DNA of 64,000 bases from Patescibacteria group bacterium (GCA_038063755.1 JBBTUL010000011.1:3946-67945); one strand, 5' to 3'. Counted from the stretch's first letter, positions 8,855 to 18,347 are shown. The notes: generated by a model from the sequence alone, not told the origin. Translations and numbers: made by a program.

Positions 8855-10525
8855 ATGATTCTGGATGATTTGCGGGGGGCAGTTCGCGGAGAGGTTTTAG
8901 GCGATGAGCAGTCGCTTTCTAAGTACAGTCACGATGCCTCCATATTTGAAGTAAAGCCGCAGGCGGTAGTACAACCACTCGACGTGGAGGATATAAAAAG
9001 CCTCGTTCGGTTCGCAACGGAAAAAAACGAGCAAGGGGAGCGAGTTTCGCTCTCCGGCCGTGCCGCAGGGACTGATATGAGCGGCGGACCGCTTACCGAG
9101 TCGATCGTAGTCGACTTCATGAAGCACCTAAACCATGTTGTTTCCGTTTCCCCGGAAGTCAACAGCCAAGGAGTCATAACTGGAGGGTCAGCCGTAACGG
9201 AGCCCGGAGTGTTTTATAGGGACTTCGAAAAAGAAACGATGAAGGTGAATCTCATCATGCCTTCATACCCGGCCTCACGCGAACTTTGTGCAATCGGAGG
9301 AATTGTTTCAAACAATTCGGGAGGAGAAAAAACGCTTATGTTCGGAAAAACCGAAGATTACGTGAGCCGCCTTAAGGTGGTCTTGAGCGATGGGAATGAA
9401 TACGAGTTTCGTTCGCTTTCTCCCGAAGAGCTCGCCAAAAAAAGGGAGCTCAAGACTTTTGAGGGAGAGATTTATCGAAAAATGTTTAAGCTTCTCGAAG
9501 AGAACTACGAAACGATTCAGCGTGCGCGCCCTGATGTCTCAAAAAATTCCGCGGGGTACTTTTTGTGGAATGTATGGGACAAAAAGAAGTTTGATCTTAC
9601 CAAGTTATTTGTTGGTGCGCAGGGTACGCTCGGTCTTATCACCGAAGTCGAATTTCAACTTGTTCCGGTCAAAAAGCATTCGCGTATGGTAATAGTTTCG
9701 CTTCGAAACACCGACGTGGTGAGCGAGATGATCAACGTGATACTTTCCTTCAAGCCGGAGAGCTTCGAGTCGTATGATGACAAAACGCTCAAGCTTGCTA
9801 TGAAATTTGCTCCCGAACTGGTCCGGAAGCTTAAAAAGAATATTTTTGTCCTTGCATGGGAATTTCTTCCGAGCATTTTAGCGATGCTCCGTATCGGATT
9901 TCCAAAGCTTGTTTTACTTGTCGAGTTCAACGGAGACAACGAAGCTGAACTCGAGGAGAAGACAAAAGAAGTTGCGAAAGCGCTCAAGCGTTTTCGCTCT
10001 CCAGTGCGGAGAACGCGGAGCGAAGAAGAGGGGAAGGAGTACTGGGAAATTCGAAGAGAGAGCTTCAGCCTGCTGCGTGGCCACGTGAAGGACAGGCACA
10101 CCGTTCCCTTTATAGACGATGTTATCGTAAAACCCGAACACCTTCCTGAATTCCTACCGAAACTCGACGCCATCCTTGCGCCGTACAAAGACAAGATGAT
10201 TTACACGATTGCCGGGCACGAAGGAAATGGAAACTTCCATATTATTCCTCTTATGAAAATTGAAGATCCAGAAACTCGCGCGCTCATTCCCAAAATCTCA
10301 GATGCGGTTTACGACCTGGTGCTCGAGTATGGAGGTTCGATTACGGCAGAACACAATGATGGAATTATCCGGACGCCATACCTTACGAAGATGTATGGGG
10401 AGGGGGTCGTCAAATTGTTCGAGGATACGAAGAACATTTTCGATCCAAAAGGCATTTTTAACCCGGGAAAGAAGGTCAGGGGGACTCTCGAGTATGCCAT
10501 GAGCCATATCCGTGAGCGGTGGTAG
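8855..10525 (+). CDS. FAD-binding oxidoreductase (GlcD/D-lactate dehydrogenase-like)
   Basis: FAD_binding_4 features (YSHDAS, GTDMSGG, IGG..SNNSGG, GAQGTLG) and C-terminal GH.G.GNFH, AEHNDG..R, FDP..IFNPGK. Confidence 0.88.
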   Translation: MILDDLRGAVRGEVLGDEQSLSKYSHDASIFEVKPQAVVQPLDVEDIKSLVRFATEKNEQGERVSLSGRAAGTDMSGGPLTESIVVDFMKHLNHVVSVSPEVNSQGVITGGSAVTEPGVFYRDFEKETMKVNLIMPSYPASRELCAIGGIVSNNSGGEKTLMFGKTEDYVSRLKVVLSDGNEYEFRSLSPEELAKKRELKTFEGEIYRKMFKLLEENYETIQRARPDVSKNSAGYFLWNVWDKKKFDLTKLFVGAQGTLGLITEVEFQLVPVKKHSRMVIVSLRNTDVVSEMINVILSFKPESFESYDDKTLKLAMKFAPELVRKLKKNIFVLAWEFLPSILAMLRIGFPKLVLLVEFNGDNEAELEEKTKEVAKALKRFRSPVRRTRSEEEGKEYWEIRRESFSLLRGHVKDRHTVPFIDDVIVKPEHLPEFLPKLDAILAPYKDKMIYTIAGHEGNGNFHIIPLMKIEDPETRALIPKISDAVYDLVLEYGGSITAEHNDGIIRTPYLTKMYGEGVVKLFEDTKNIFDPKGIFNPGKKVRGTLEYAMSHIRERW

Positions 10526-10569
10526 TTGCCTGATCGACGGGGAAGCGCTCAGAAGTTGACAAGGCCCTA

Positions 10570-10633
10570 TTGCGCTTGCGAAAAAGAGCGTGCTATATTG
10601 CAGGTAGGACTTTGACTTCTTCAAAAAAAGGAG
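10570..10633 (+). promoter_or_regulatory. sigma70-like promoter and Shine-Dalgarno for the 915-aa gene
   Basis: TTGCGC 10570-10575, TG-c-TATATT 10591-10599, AAGGAG 10628-10633 seven nt before GTG. Confidence 0.55.
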
Positions 10634-10640
10634 TGAACCA

Positions 10641-13388
10641 GTGAACGTCAAAGCTAAAAAAGCGCTTTCGGAGCCGAATTTTAAGGACTCTGAGTTTGCA
10701 AGTTTCGCGAATAAACTAATCGAACGCGGGATTCTTGAGAAACCCGTTTCGGAGTTCGTTCGTGAATTGAACAAAGAGTCTTTCGGTGGTGATTCTCCGT
10801 GGCGGAGGATCAAGGTTGCCGATCTTACGAAGTCGGTGCTCGATTCTATTATTTGGACGAAGGATCGTCTTGATTTATTGAAGGATCACGTTCGACTTGG
10901 AGTCGAACTTGGTCCGGTCTATAAGATTCTTGCATATATCCCGAAGAAGATGGTTGATGCAAAGGCATCCGATCTTCGGGGAAAGAGCCGCAAGACTATT
11001 TTTCCTGAGCTGTCCGAGCCGGGCGTGGGGAGACTCGCAACCGACGAGGAAATCAAAAAGGGGCACATTGTCCCACTCAAGACATACACGCTAAAGAAGC
11101 CGTACGTTGTTTCGATTCCTGACCCTGAGAAATTCAGAGTGCTTTTCGTGAACGCGCCTCATCTTGGACTCGAATACAATCGAGTTCTTGCGGAGAACTT
11201 TTTGCGAAACGCGCTCGTTCGAGCGGAGAAGAAAAAGTTCGATGCAGTGGTTTTAACGGGTGCTCTTATGTGGCTCGATGCGAGTCGAGCGCATGGACAC
11301 CTTACCACTCACCGGGCGCTTTACTCCGGACTGGATTTTGATCCAGACGCGCTTGACCCTGGATACGGGGAAAAGGCAAAAAAAGTTCGCAAAGAAAAGA
11401 ATCCGAACGTTGTTACCTTCTCGACGCTTAGAGAGCGAGTGAAGATGGCGATGGGTGGATACAGGAAGGTTTTTCTTCTCGACGAGCGGAATCCTGTTTT
11501 CTCGGGTAAGGTCTACGTTTGCTTCGGAAAGCAGGAAGAAGAAATGATCGAGGCCGCGGCCCACGATCACATTCGATACGTCGTAGATAGGATGCGAGGA
11601 AGTGTCGATACCGAAAAGAAGGCCCTCGAGGCCGAGCTTAGATTCAAGTTGAGCGATGGGTCGAGTGGCGGTAAAGGGATTGACGAACTTCGTGAACGTA
11701 TCGACGAGCTCCGTCGTGAGGAGCAGAGAATGATTCAAACGAACGTTGATGTCATTGATAGGCGACGATTCGTTGACATCATTCGGACCCTCCTGATTTC
11801 CTGGTATAAGGAGGTAATTCCAAACTGTGAATTTGTTGCGCAAGGATCGACGGTTTTCTCGATCGGTGGAAAAACGATCCAAATCCTTCAAGAGGGCGAT
11901 GATTCGCTTTCCCGCGCGAAAATCGATAATGCCATGAAGGGGAGTTCGGGAAGAGCCCTTGGCGGGCGACTCTCGGACTTTGTTCTTGCTGCTGGACCGT
12001 ACAGTGTCGACGCTCGCGAGGGAATCATTGAGCGGGTTTCCGGGAAGAACCGTGAAACGACGCGTGTCTGGACGCTTCCTGTGGCAATCGACGTTGATTA
12101 TTTGCGGAATGCTCGACCGGAGCTTGTCCGGCGCGCTTCACCGCTCGAGAGATTGTTGGGAGATGCGGGCTTTAGTCCGGGAGTTTTCGAGCTTGGTTTT
12201 GTAAATGGTATTTGGGATTGCAGCGTTATCTCTCCAAGGACTTTCGGACACAAGGCACCGAAGGTGGTGGGTAGCACCCCATATATCTATCTCATTGCTG
12301 ATGGAGACTATCATTATGGTGCTCCTGCGAAAGACTGGATTTTTGATCCGGTAACCAGGTCCTATCTTCCTATTGAAGTTGCGGCATCGGAACTTTTCAT
12401 GAGAGAGTTCGTTGCCAAAGGAAAGGACCTTCCATTTTCTGGGTGGCATTGCGGAGGCGACTTCCTCCACGGGAAGCACTTCCCAACGCACCAGGCGAGA
12501 AATCCTGGAACGTTACCCTACGCGACCATCGCGAAAAGATTGAGCGAGGCCAGGAAGGATTCCGGCAAGGTTCAAGAGGTTTTGAATCTTATCGATAGTC
12601 AACTTCAGAAGAGGGGAGAGGTGTGGATGAACTCTCAGCTCGAAGAAGCGATCAGGATATCGATTCTTCCGAGAATTCCCTTCTTTGCTGCGGTTCTGAA
12701 GCACGCGAAGGATGCAGGAGTTCGGATGCGAGGGACCGCGGAGGTTTATACTGGGTCTTCTGATCTTGCGTCGATAGATATGGGATGTCTTAACGTTTTG
12801 GGCGGCAATCACGCGGAAAAGACGACTTTCGGAGAGTTTCTCGAAAGTCCTGTGATTGCGTGGATGATTCGCCTTGCTCTTGTCCCGAGCGGGTTTAGCC
12901 TCGAAGAGCTGGAACGGCTCGTTCGGGCGCCGCTTTTCGGACCGGAGAACATTGGATATGGTCTGCTCTCTGTGCCGGATGGGTACGAGTGGGCGATTCA
13001 TATTCGCCACGATCCTCCAGTCAAAGGTCCGCAGAACGGATGGACCTTGAGGGGAGTCGCGGAGAAATATCGCGAACGCGGTGACTATCCAAGGATTTTC
13101 ACTGGGCGGCACATGATCGCAATGAGTTCGGATATTCACCGAGCTGGAGCAAGTTTCGGACCTGATATCCATGTTGTTTCTGTGCCGGCGTGCACTGATG
13201 GCGATGCCTACGGTGAGCGTTTTGGCATGAGTCGGAACAACATCGGGTTTACCGTGGTCGGACTTCCGGTTCATGGACCGCTGGCTGGTCCTGTCCGGGT
13301 AATTCAGTTCACTCACGATATTTTGAGGAAGTATTTTGCGAATCCTTGGTCGATCGACTGGGACACCTTGTTCCGGGGAGCGATCTAG
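10641..13388 (+). CDS. Tandem calcineurin-like metallophosphoesterase-fold protein, 915 aa
   Basis: C-terminal half has DYHYG, GDFLHG, GNH, IRH, SDIH motifs; N-terminal half has degenerate equivalents NAPHLG, TGALMWLD, GKQE. Confidence 0.65.
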   Translation: MNVKAKKALSEPNFKDSEFASFANKLIERGILEKPVSEFVRELNKESFGGDSPWRRIKVADLTKSVLDSIIWTKDRLDLLKDHVRLGVELGPVYKILAYIPKKMVDAKASDLRGKSRKTIFPELSEPGVGRLATDEEIKKGHIVPLKTYTLKKPYVVSIPDPEKFRVLFVNAPHLGLEYNRVLAENFLRNALVRAEKKKFDAVVLTGALMWLDASRAHGHLTTHRALYSGLDFDPDALDPGYGEKAKKVRKEKNPNVVTFSTLRERVKMAMGGYRKVFLLDERNPVFSGKVYVCFGKQEEEMIEAAAHDHIRYVVDRMRGSVDTEKKALEAELRFKLSDGSSGGKGIDELRERIDELRREEQRMIQTNVDVIDRRRFVDIIRTLLISWYKEVIPNCEFVAQGSTVFSIGGKTIQILQEGDDSLSRAKIDNAMKGSSGRALGGRLSDFVLAAGPYSVDAREGIIERVSGKNRETTRVWTLPVAIDVDYLRNARPELVRRASPLERLLGDAGFSPGVFELGFVNGIWDCSVISPRTFGHKAPKVVGSTPYIYLIADGDYHYGAPAKDWIFDPVTRSYLPIEVAASELFMREFVAKGKDLPFSGWHCGGDFLHGKHFPTHQARNPGTLPYATIAKRLSEARKDSGKVQEVLNLIDSQLQKRGEVWMNSQLEEAIRISILPRIPFFAAVLKHAKDAGVRMRGTAEVYTGSSDLASIDMGCLNVLGGNHAEKTTFGEFLESPVIAWMIRLALVPSGFSLEELERLVRAPLFGPENIGYGLLSVPDGYEWAIHIRHDPPVKGPQNGWTLRGVAEKYRERGDYPRIFTGRHMIAMSSDIHRAGASFGPDIHVVSVPACTDGDAYGERFGMSRNNIGFTVVGLPVHGPLAGPVRVIQFTHDILRKYFANPWSIDWDTLFRGAI

Positions 13389-13403
13389 GTCGCAGATATT
13401 CGT

Positions 13404-13431
13404 ACAGCCGAGATTTTCTCGGCTGTTTTTT
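13404..13431 (+). terminator. Intrinsic terminator
   Basis: ACAGCCGAGA-ttt-TCTCGGCTGT followed by a T-run. Confidence 0.8.
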
Positions 13432-13491
13432 ATTGACAAAAAAAGCGATTCAGCTTTAAGCTGTGGTCAGCAATCTCCTTTCGGAGGGGAC

Positions 13492-14628
13492 ATGAAAATT
13501 TGCGGCAGAGATATCGGTATTCAAGGGGTCATCACGATATTCCTGATCTTCCTCGGCACGGTCTCACTGGTTGTATCGAGTACGCCGACCGAGATCCTGA
13601 TCCTGATGCTCTTGGCCTACGCCTCGAATGCGAGCTATTCGATGGTGAGCCGGTCTGCGGTGAGAACAAGCGTGCTTTACCACGCGCTTACCGTCTTCTT
13701 AAACAACACCTTGTTCTATTTGGTGTTGCACCGGCTTGTCCAGAACGATCTGAGCATTGTGCTCTTCATTCCGTATACCGTAGCCACGGTTTTCGGGAGT
13801 CAGAATGGCTCTCTCGCTTCGATGAGGATAGAGGAGAGGTTTGGCATCAAGGCGAACCCGGACAAGAAGGCGAAGCCTACGCCCCAGTCAGTCCTCGCTC
13901 AGAAGCTGTTGCTTGGTTTCGTGGGAGTGTTGGGTATCGTTGCGGCGGTTTTTACGCGCGACTTGAAGACCGCAGCGTTCGTCGCATTCCTCGCCCTCGC
14001 GGACAACCTTACCTTCTCGGTTTTGCGGCGCTCCAGGAATACCAACAACGTTGCATATCACATCATTGCATCGATCGCGAAAGGTACGGTGTGGTATTTG
14101 CTGTTCCGAGAACTCTCGCTTTCAAAAATGGCGCTCGGATTCTTTCCGCAGTACTGTTTCGGGTCCGTGCTTGGCGGGCTGATCGGTCAAGACGTGTCGT
14201 TGCGGATTGAGCGGTTGATAGGTGCATCCGCGGACGACCACCTAAAGTCCAAAGCGAAGCACTTCATGCCGACCGTTTCCCTCGCCATCCTTTCCCTTGG
14301 GGTGGTCGCGATCTCGTTTTTTGCGAACGAACCGAGCTTTGCCGTCTACCTTGCCTTGCTCTCCGGAGCCCAACAGGTGTCTTTCACCATCGTGAGTCGC
14401 TCCCGAAACCGAGGCCACATGGGCTACCACATGCTTGCTTCGATCTTGAGCAATGGGGTGTGGTTCTTGACGTTTCGCCAGGCGAACCTGGAACATTGGT
14501 CCCCAGACCTCTATCTACCATTTGCCCTCGGCGGAACTGCCGGAAGCATTAGCGGAGCCGGGATTTCGATGCAGATCGAACGCAAGCTTGGTATTTCCTC
14601 TGACGCGCATCTTGCGAAGCCTGCATAG
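13492..14628 (+). CDS. Integral membrane protein with three internal repeats (~12 TM), 378 aa
   Basis: Three copies of S/RRS.N...YH......N/G..W/F....Y..G...G...G...S..IE..G; TTGACA 13433 / TAAGCT 13457 promoter and GGAG SD upstream of ATG 13492. Confidence 0.8.
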   Translation: MKICGRDIGIQGVITIFLIFLGTVSLVVSSTPTEILILMLLAYASNASYSMVSRSAVRTSVLYHALTVFLNNTLFYLVLHRLVQNDLSIVLFIPYTVATVFGSQNGSLASMRIEERFGIKANPDKKAKPTPQSVLAQKLLLGFVGVLGIVAAVFTRDLKTAAFVAFLALADNLTFSVLRRSRNTNNVAYHIIASIAKGTVWYLLFRELSLSKMALGFFPQYCFGSVLGGLIGQDVSLRIERLIGASADDHLKSKAKHFMPTVSLAILSLGVVAISFFANEPSFAVYLALLSGAQQVSFTIVSRSRNRGHMGYHMLASILSNGVWFLTFRQANLEHWSPDLYLPFALGGTAGSISGAGISMQIERKLGISSDAHLAKPA

Positions 14629-14634
14629 TGATAC

Positions 14635-14658
14635 AACCCGACTTGCGTCGGGTTTTTT
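14635..14658 (+). terminator. Intrinsic terminator
   Basis: AACCCGAC-ttgc-GTCGGGTT followed by TTTT. Confidence 0.75.
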
Positions 14659-14727
14659 GTTTGGGACTTGCATTGCGGCAGGCGAGATGTTTAAGTCTTT
14701 ATAGTTGCGATTTAAAAGGAGGATTTT

Positions 14728-15468
14728 TTGTCTAGACGAAGAGTCGCCGTGTTCTTTGATTGGAACGGGACGCTCTTGAACGATCTGCCGCTAGTGTTCA
14801 AAAGCGTAATGGAGATTTTCAAACGGTATTCGGTTCGCCCTCCGAGCAAGAGGCAATACCTTGCGGAGATTAATGGAGACTTTATGAAATTCTACTGGGG
14901 ACATGGAATTCCTCCGAATAGATCCGCGTCCGACTTGAATAAGATCAGAAGGGGAATCATTTTTGAGAACTCAATTCCGACATCGCTCCATCAAAACGCG
15001 AGAAGGACTTTAAGCTCCCTGGAGAGAATGGGATTCACGCTTGCGCTTATCAGCGCAGAAGACTCCGCCCTTCTTGCTTCGGAAACCGCACGCTTTCACG
15101 TTCGCGAGAAGTTTAGCCTGATTCGTGGAGATTCTCGAAAGAAGACTCCGGTAATCAGGCGAGCGCTTCGCGAACTCGACGTTTCTCCAGAACGGGTGCT
15201 CTACGTTGGAGATACAGTTGATGATGTTGTTTCTGCAAGGAGAGCCGGAGTGCTCACCGTTGCATTCTCGAGGGGATATAATTCGAAGAGAAGGCTTGAG
15301 CGTGCCGCTCCGTCTTTCCTCATCGACAATCTCATTGATGTGCCAAGAATTGCCAAGCGGCTTTTTCTTGATGCAGGGTGCAATCTTGGAAGCAAGTCGG
15401 GGCGCGCGGTCTCGTCGCCTTGTTACGACGACCTACCCAGATTTGCGAGAAGCACCTTCCTCGACTGA
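14728..15468 (+). CDS. HAD-superfamily hydrolase (phosphoglycolate phosphatase-like)
   Basis: Motif I FDWNGTL, motif II LISA, motif IV YVGDTVDD; AGGAGG five nt before the TTG start. Confidence 0.88.
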   Translation: MSRRRVAVFFDWNGTLLNDLPLVFKSVMEIFKRYSVRPPSKRQYLAEINGDFMKFYWGHGIPPNRSASDLNKIRRGIIFENSIPTSLHQNARRTLSSLERMGFTLALISAEDSALLASETARFHVREKFSLIRGDSRKKTPVIRRALRELDVSPERVLYVGDTVDDVVSARRAGVLTVAFSRGYNSKRRLERAAPSFLIDNLIDVPRIAKRLFLDAGCNLGSKSGRAVSSPCYDDLPRFARSTFLD

Positions 15469-15485
15469 GGTTGATATTCACCAGT

Positions 15486-15509
15486 TGCCCGACATTTGTC
15501 GGGCACTTT
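15486..15509 (+). terminator. Hairpin, probable terminator
   Basis: TGCCCGAC-attt-GTCGGGCA followed by CTTT. Confidence 0.55.
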
Positions 15510-15560
15510 AATTTTGTTATACTAGGGGCAGAAGCTTGAAAAGACAGAAAGGACTATGCG

Positions 15561-18254
15561 ATGGAAGCGGATCTTTCAAAGGTTCCGAAGAGATTGGTTG
15601 TTATGAACTGGAGTAACCCAGGAGGCAGTCCGAAGGTCTGCTTTCCTGGAGTACGGGCAGTACTTCCGTTCCCAGATTTGAGCGGTGCCCCGAGTATTGA
15701 AAAAGGGGTTGCCAAAATGAAAGAAGACGGGGCTTTTCTCGTCCAGTATCAGAAAGAAGACGTATCGTTTCCGGTTTCTCTCATTGTTCTCATCAAAGAA
15801 GCGAAGAACGTGGAAAAAGACGGAAGAAAAATCACGTTGATCATCGGAGAATTTACTCGAAGAGTTCTGTTGTCATCTCATTGCGATGAGGAGTTCGGAA
15901 GCAGTTATGAGTGGACTCCTGCGGAAGAGACTTGCTTTTCCGAAGAAGAGTTTGGCAGTCAGGAGACACAGGAAATGATTCAAGGTGTCGCAAGGTTAAG
16001 CGAAGAGCTTTTGGACCTCATGCAGCAGGGGAGCCCCAGTATTTTGCCCGAAATTTGGAAGCTTTGCGAAAAAAGAGAGTCAATCGGGGAATTTCTCGAC
16101 AATATTTCTTCGCCGCTCTTGAGCGTCTGCTCGATGAGTAAGGAAGTTGCCGATGCAGCCGAGGCGCTCATCTGTGAGCTGGGACATAAAAAGCGACTTG
16201 AAATTTTGTCTTTCATATATCCCATTGCCATTGATCTTCTGAAGAAGGAGAAGGATAGCAGCGAGACCTTTGATGGGCTTGTCGCGATTCCGTTTGACGT
16301 CAATGACGGGACAGAGCTTATCATGTTCCCCGGAACTCCATTTATGACCTCGCTTGGTGTAAAGGGATCGCTTTCCGAGGAAAGACTTCTTAAAAAGATA
16401 AGAGAAGACAAAGAAATGGTCTTCTATACCCCGAAAGACGGCATGATTCCGCAGATCGGAATTTTGGTTCATGTCAGGACGTCTCGGAATAACGGACTTA
16501 GATCAATTTCCTGCCGCGCGCTTCGACGCGTTGAAATACTTGATTACCAAATAGATCAAGGGATGTTTGGCGTAAAACACGGCGACGTAGATGAAATTCA
16601 GCTTGGTGAAAAAGAATTTCTAAGTGCCGAAGTGCAGAAAAAGATTTCCGATCTCAAGGCTTTTAGCGAAAGATTTCTGAGTTTTTTCAGGGCGGATGAA
16701 TCGGGTGGAGATGTTGAAATAGACGAACGGCATATCAAGAATTCGGAAAGCGTCGAGAGTCTTGGGAAATACCTTGACGTCCTTGCGCAACAACTTGTTT
16801 TTATTTTTCCACCCATAGACTCGATAATTACATCATCGCTTCGGGAACTGATTTGCGAGCTTGATCAAAAGAAGCGGATCGAGATTCTCTTGAACGCCTA
16901 TCCGCTCGCCATAGAATTTGCGAAAAAAACGGTAAGCGGGGAAAGCTTGATCATTGCTCCTTCGCCTGATCTTCTTGCGAATCCTTCGCAGCATGCCGAA
17001 CGACGAACCGCGTTCAAGCTCGAGGATTTTGCAAATGATTCCGCAGAAGTGGAAGTTCCTCTCTCGGATAAGCCTGGTCAACGACATCGTTCTCCAGAAG
17101 TCGAGACGTTCTATCGTTTTCTTCGGAAGAACGTTATTGGCGAAGGCGGACAAAAGCGTGCGATCAAGCGCCTTACTACTAGATTTGAGGTTTATCGCTC
17201 GCTTTTCCGGAAGCACCGCAAGCCGATAGGAACATTTCTATTTTTGGGTCCCTCGGGAGTCGGCAAGACAGAGCTTGCCGAACGGGTGGCAGAATTTCTT
17301 CTTGGACAGAAAACGTCTGTCACAAAAATTGCCTGCGGTGAGTATACAGAAGGGCATCAGGTTTCGAGGCTCATCGGCTCGCCGCCCGGATACGTTGGAT
17401 CGGACGATCGGCCGCTCCTTGCTCAGGAGCGAGTTGATAGGTATGGCATTGAGGCCGAAATCAAATGGCTGCAATCTCAACTAAACGAACCGAATTTGCC
17501 ACCGGAGAAAGAGAAGGTTTTGCTCGAGAGACTGAAAATTTTCGGATCTCATCTCGGGCACAAGCAGGGTTCGCGGTCAGGGGAGAGCTCAAAAGCAATC
17601 CGTACGGCGGATCTTGCGAGGGCCTATCCGGTTCTCTCGGTTCTCCTTGTCGACGAAATTGACAAAGCGCACGAAAATCTTTTAAAGTTTTTTCTTGAGG
17701 TTTCTTCAAAGGGGGTCGCGCAGCTTTCGAACGGTGAGGAAGTTGACCTTTCGAACTCGTTCATTATCTTCACGAGCAATCATGGATCGAAAAAAATCGC
17801 ACAGATTCTTCATGGAAAGGTCACGAGAGTAGGTTTCGGAGACGGCCACCAAGAAAAGTCTGTTTACGAGGTTGCCATGGATGAACTGAGGAGAGTCCTT
17901 CCGCCGGAACTTATCGGACGGATTCAAGATGACATTGTTGTTTTTTCGGAGTTGAGCCACGAAGAGATGCGGAAGATTCGAGACCTGAGATTTTCCGAGC
18001 TCGATCTGCAAATTCGGGCGAAGATGCCCAATCTTTCGGTCGAGTTTGATGGGGCTGCAAAAGAATTCATCTTTTCGAAATCCTCCGATCACCCGGAGTA
18101 CGGGGCACGAGTCCTGGAGGCGAAGATTGATCACTATGTCATCGAACCTTTAGCAGAACAGCTGAATAATGGCGAGCTAAAGGACGGCGACAAGGTTTTG
18201 GGGGTCCTCCTTGCGGGGGACGAGGAGATGGAGATTCGTTTCAAGAAGGTGTAA
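15561..18254 (+). CDS. Clp-family AAA+ ATPase (single D2-type module) with two N-terminal Lon-N-like domains, 897 aa
   Basis: Walker A GPSGVGKTE, pore loop GSPPGYVG, Walker B LVDEIDKAH, IFTSN, PELIGRI, YGARVL, VGF loop; the N-terminal half has two FPG-containing Lon-N-like repeats. Confidence 0.8.
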   Translation: MEADLSKVPKRLVVMNWSNPGGSPKVCFPGVRAVLPFPDLSGAPSIEKGVAKMKEDGAFLVQYQKEDVSFPVSLIVLIKEAKNVEKDGRKITLIIGEFTRRVLLSSHCDEEFGSSYEWTPAEETCFSEEEFGSQETQEMIQGVARLSEELLDLMQQGSPSILPEIWKLCEKRESIGEFLDNISSPLLSVCSMSKEVADAAEALICELGHKKRLEILSFIYPIAIDLLKKEKDSSETFDGLVAIPFDVNDGTELIMFPGTPFMTSLGVKGSLSEERLLKKIREDKEMVFYTPKDGMIPQIGILVHVRTSRNNGLRSISCRALRRVEILDYQIDQGMFGVKHGDVDEIQLGEKEFLSAEVQKKISDLKAFSERFLSFFRADESGGDVEIDERHIKNSESVESLGKYLDVLAQQLVFIFPPIDSIITSSLRELICELDQKKRIEILLNAYPLAIEFAKKTVSGESLIIAPSPDLLANPSQHAERRTAFKLEDFANDSAEVEVPLSDKPGQRHRSPEVETFYRFLRKNVIGEGGQKRAIKRLTTRFEVYRSLFRKHRKPIGTFLFLGPSGVGKTELAERVAEFLLGQKTSVTKIACGEYTEGHQVSRLIGSPPGYVGSDDRPLLAQERVDRYGIEAEIKWLQSQLNEPNLPPEKEKVLLERLKIFGSHLGHKQGSRSGESSKAIRTADLARAYPVLSVLLVDEIDKAHENLLKFFLEVSSKGVAQLSNGEEVDLSNSFIIFTSNHGSKKIAQILHGKVTRVGFGDGHQEKSVYEVAMDELRRVLPPELIGRIQDDIVVFSELSHEEMRKIRDLRFSELDLQIRAKMPNLSVEFDGAAKEFIFSKSSDHPEYGARVLEAKIDHYVIEPLAEQLNNGELKDGDKVLGVLLAGDEEMEIRFKKV

Positions 18255-18258
18255 TAAT

Positions 18259-18282
18259 CCGGCATGAAAATGCCGGTTTTTT
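18259..18282 (+). terminator. Intrinsic terminator
   Basis: CCGGCAT-gaaa-ATGCCGG followed by a T-run. Confidence 0.8.
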
Positions 18283-18347
18283 ATTTCAAAATCAGCGATT
18301 TTCATCCGTTGACAAGCATGATGTCATCGGCTACTATGGCTTCCATA

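Noticed and set aside
12513-13439. 308-aa minus-strand ORF, and similar long antisense ORFs such as 59234-60157 and 19183-19779
   Set aside because: They lie antisense to motif-supported genes and have no recognisable motifs; treated as shadow ORFs.
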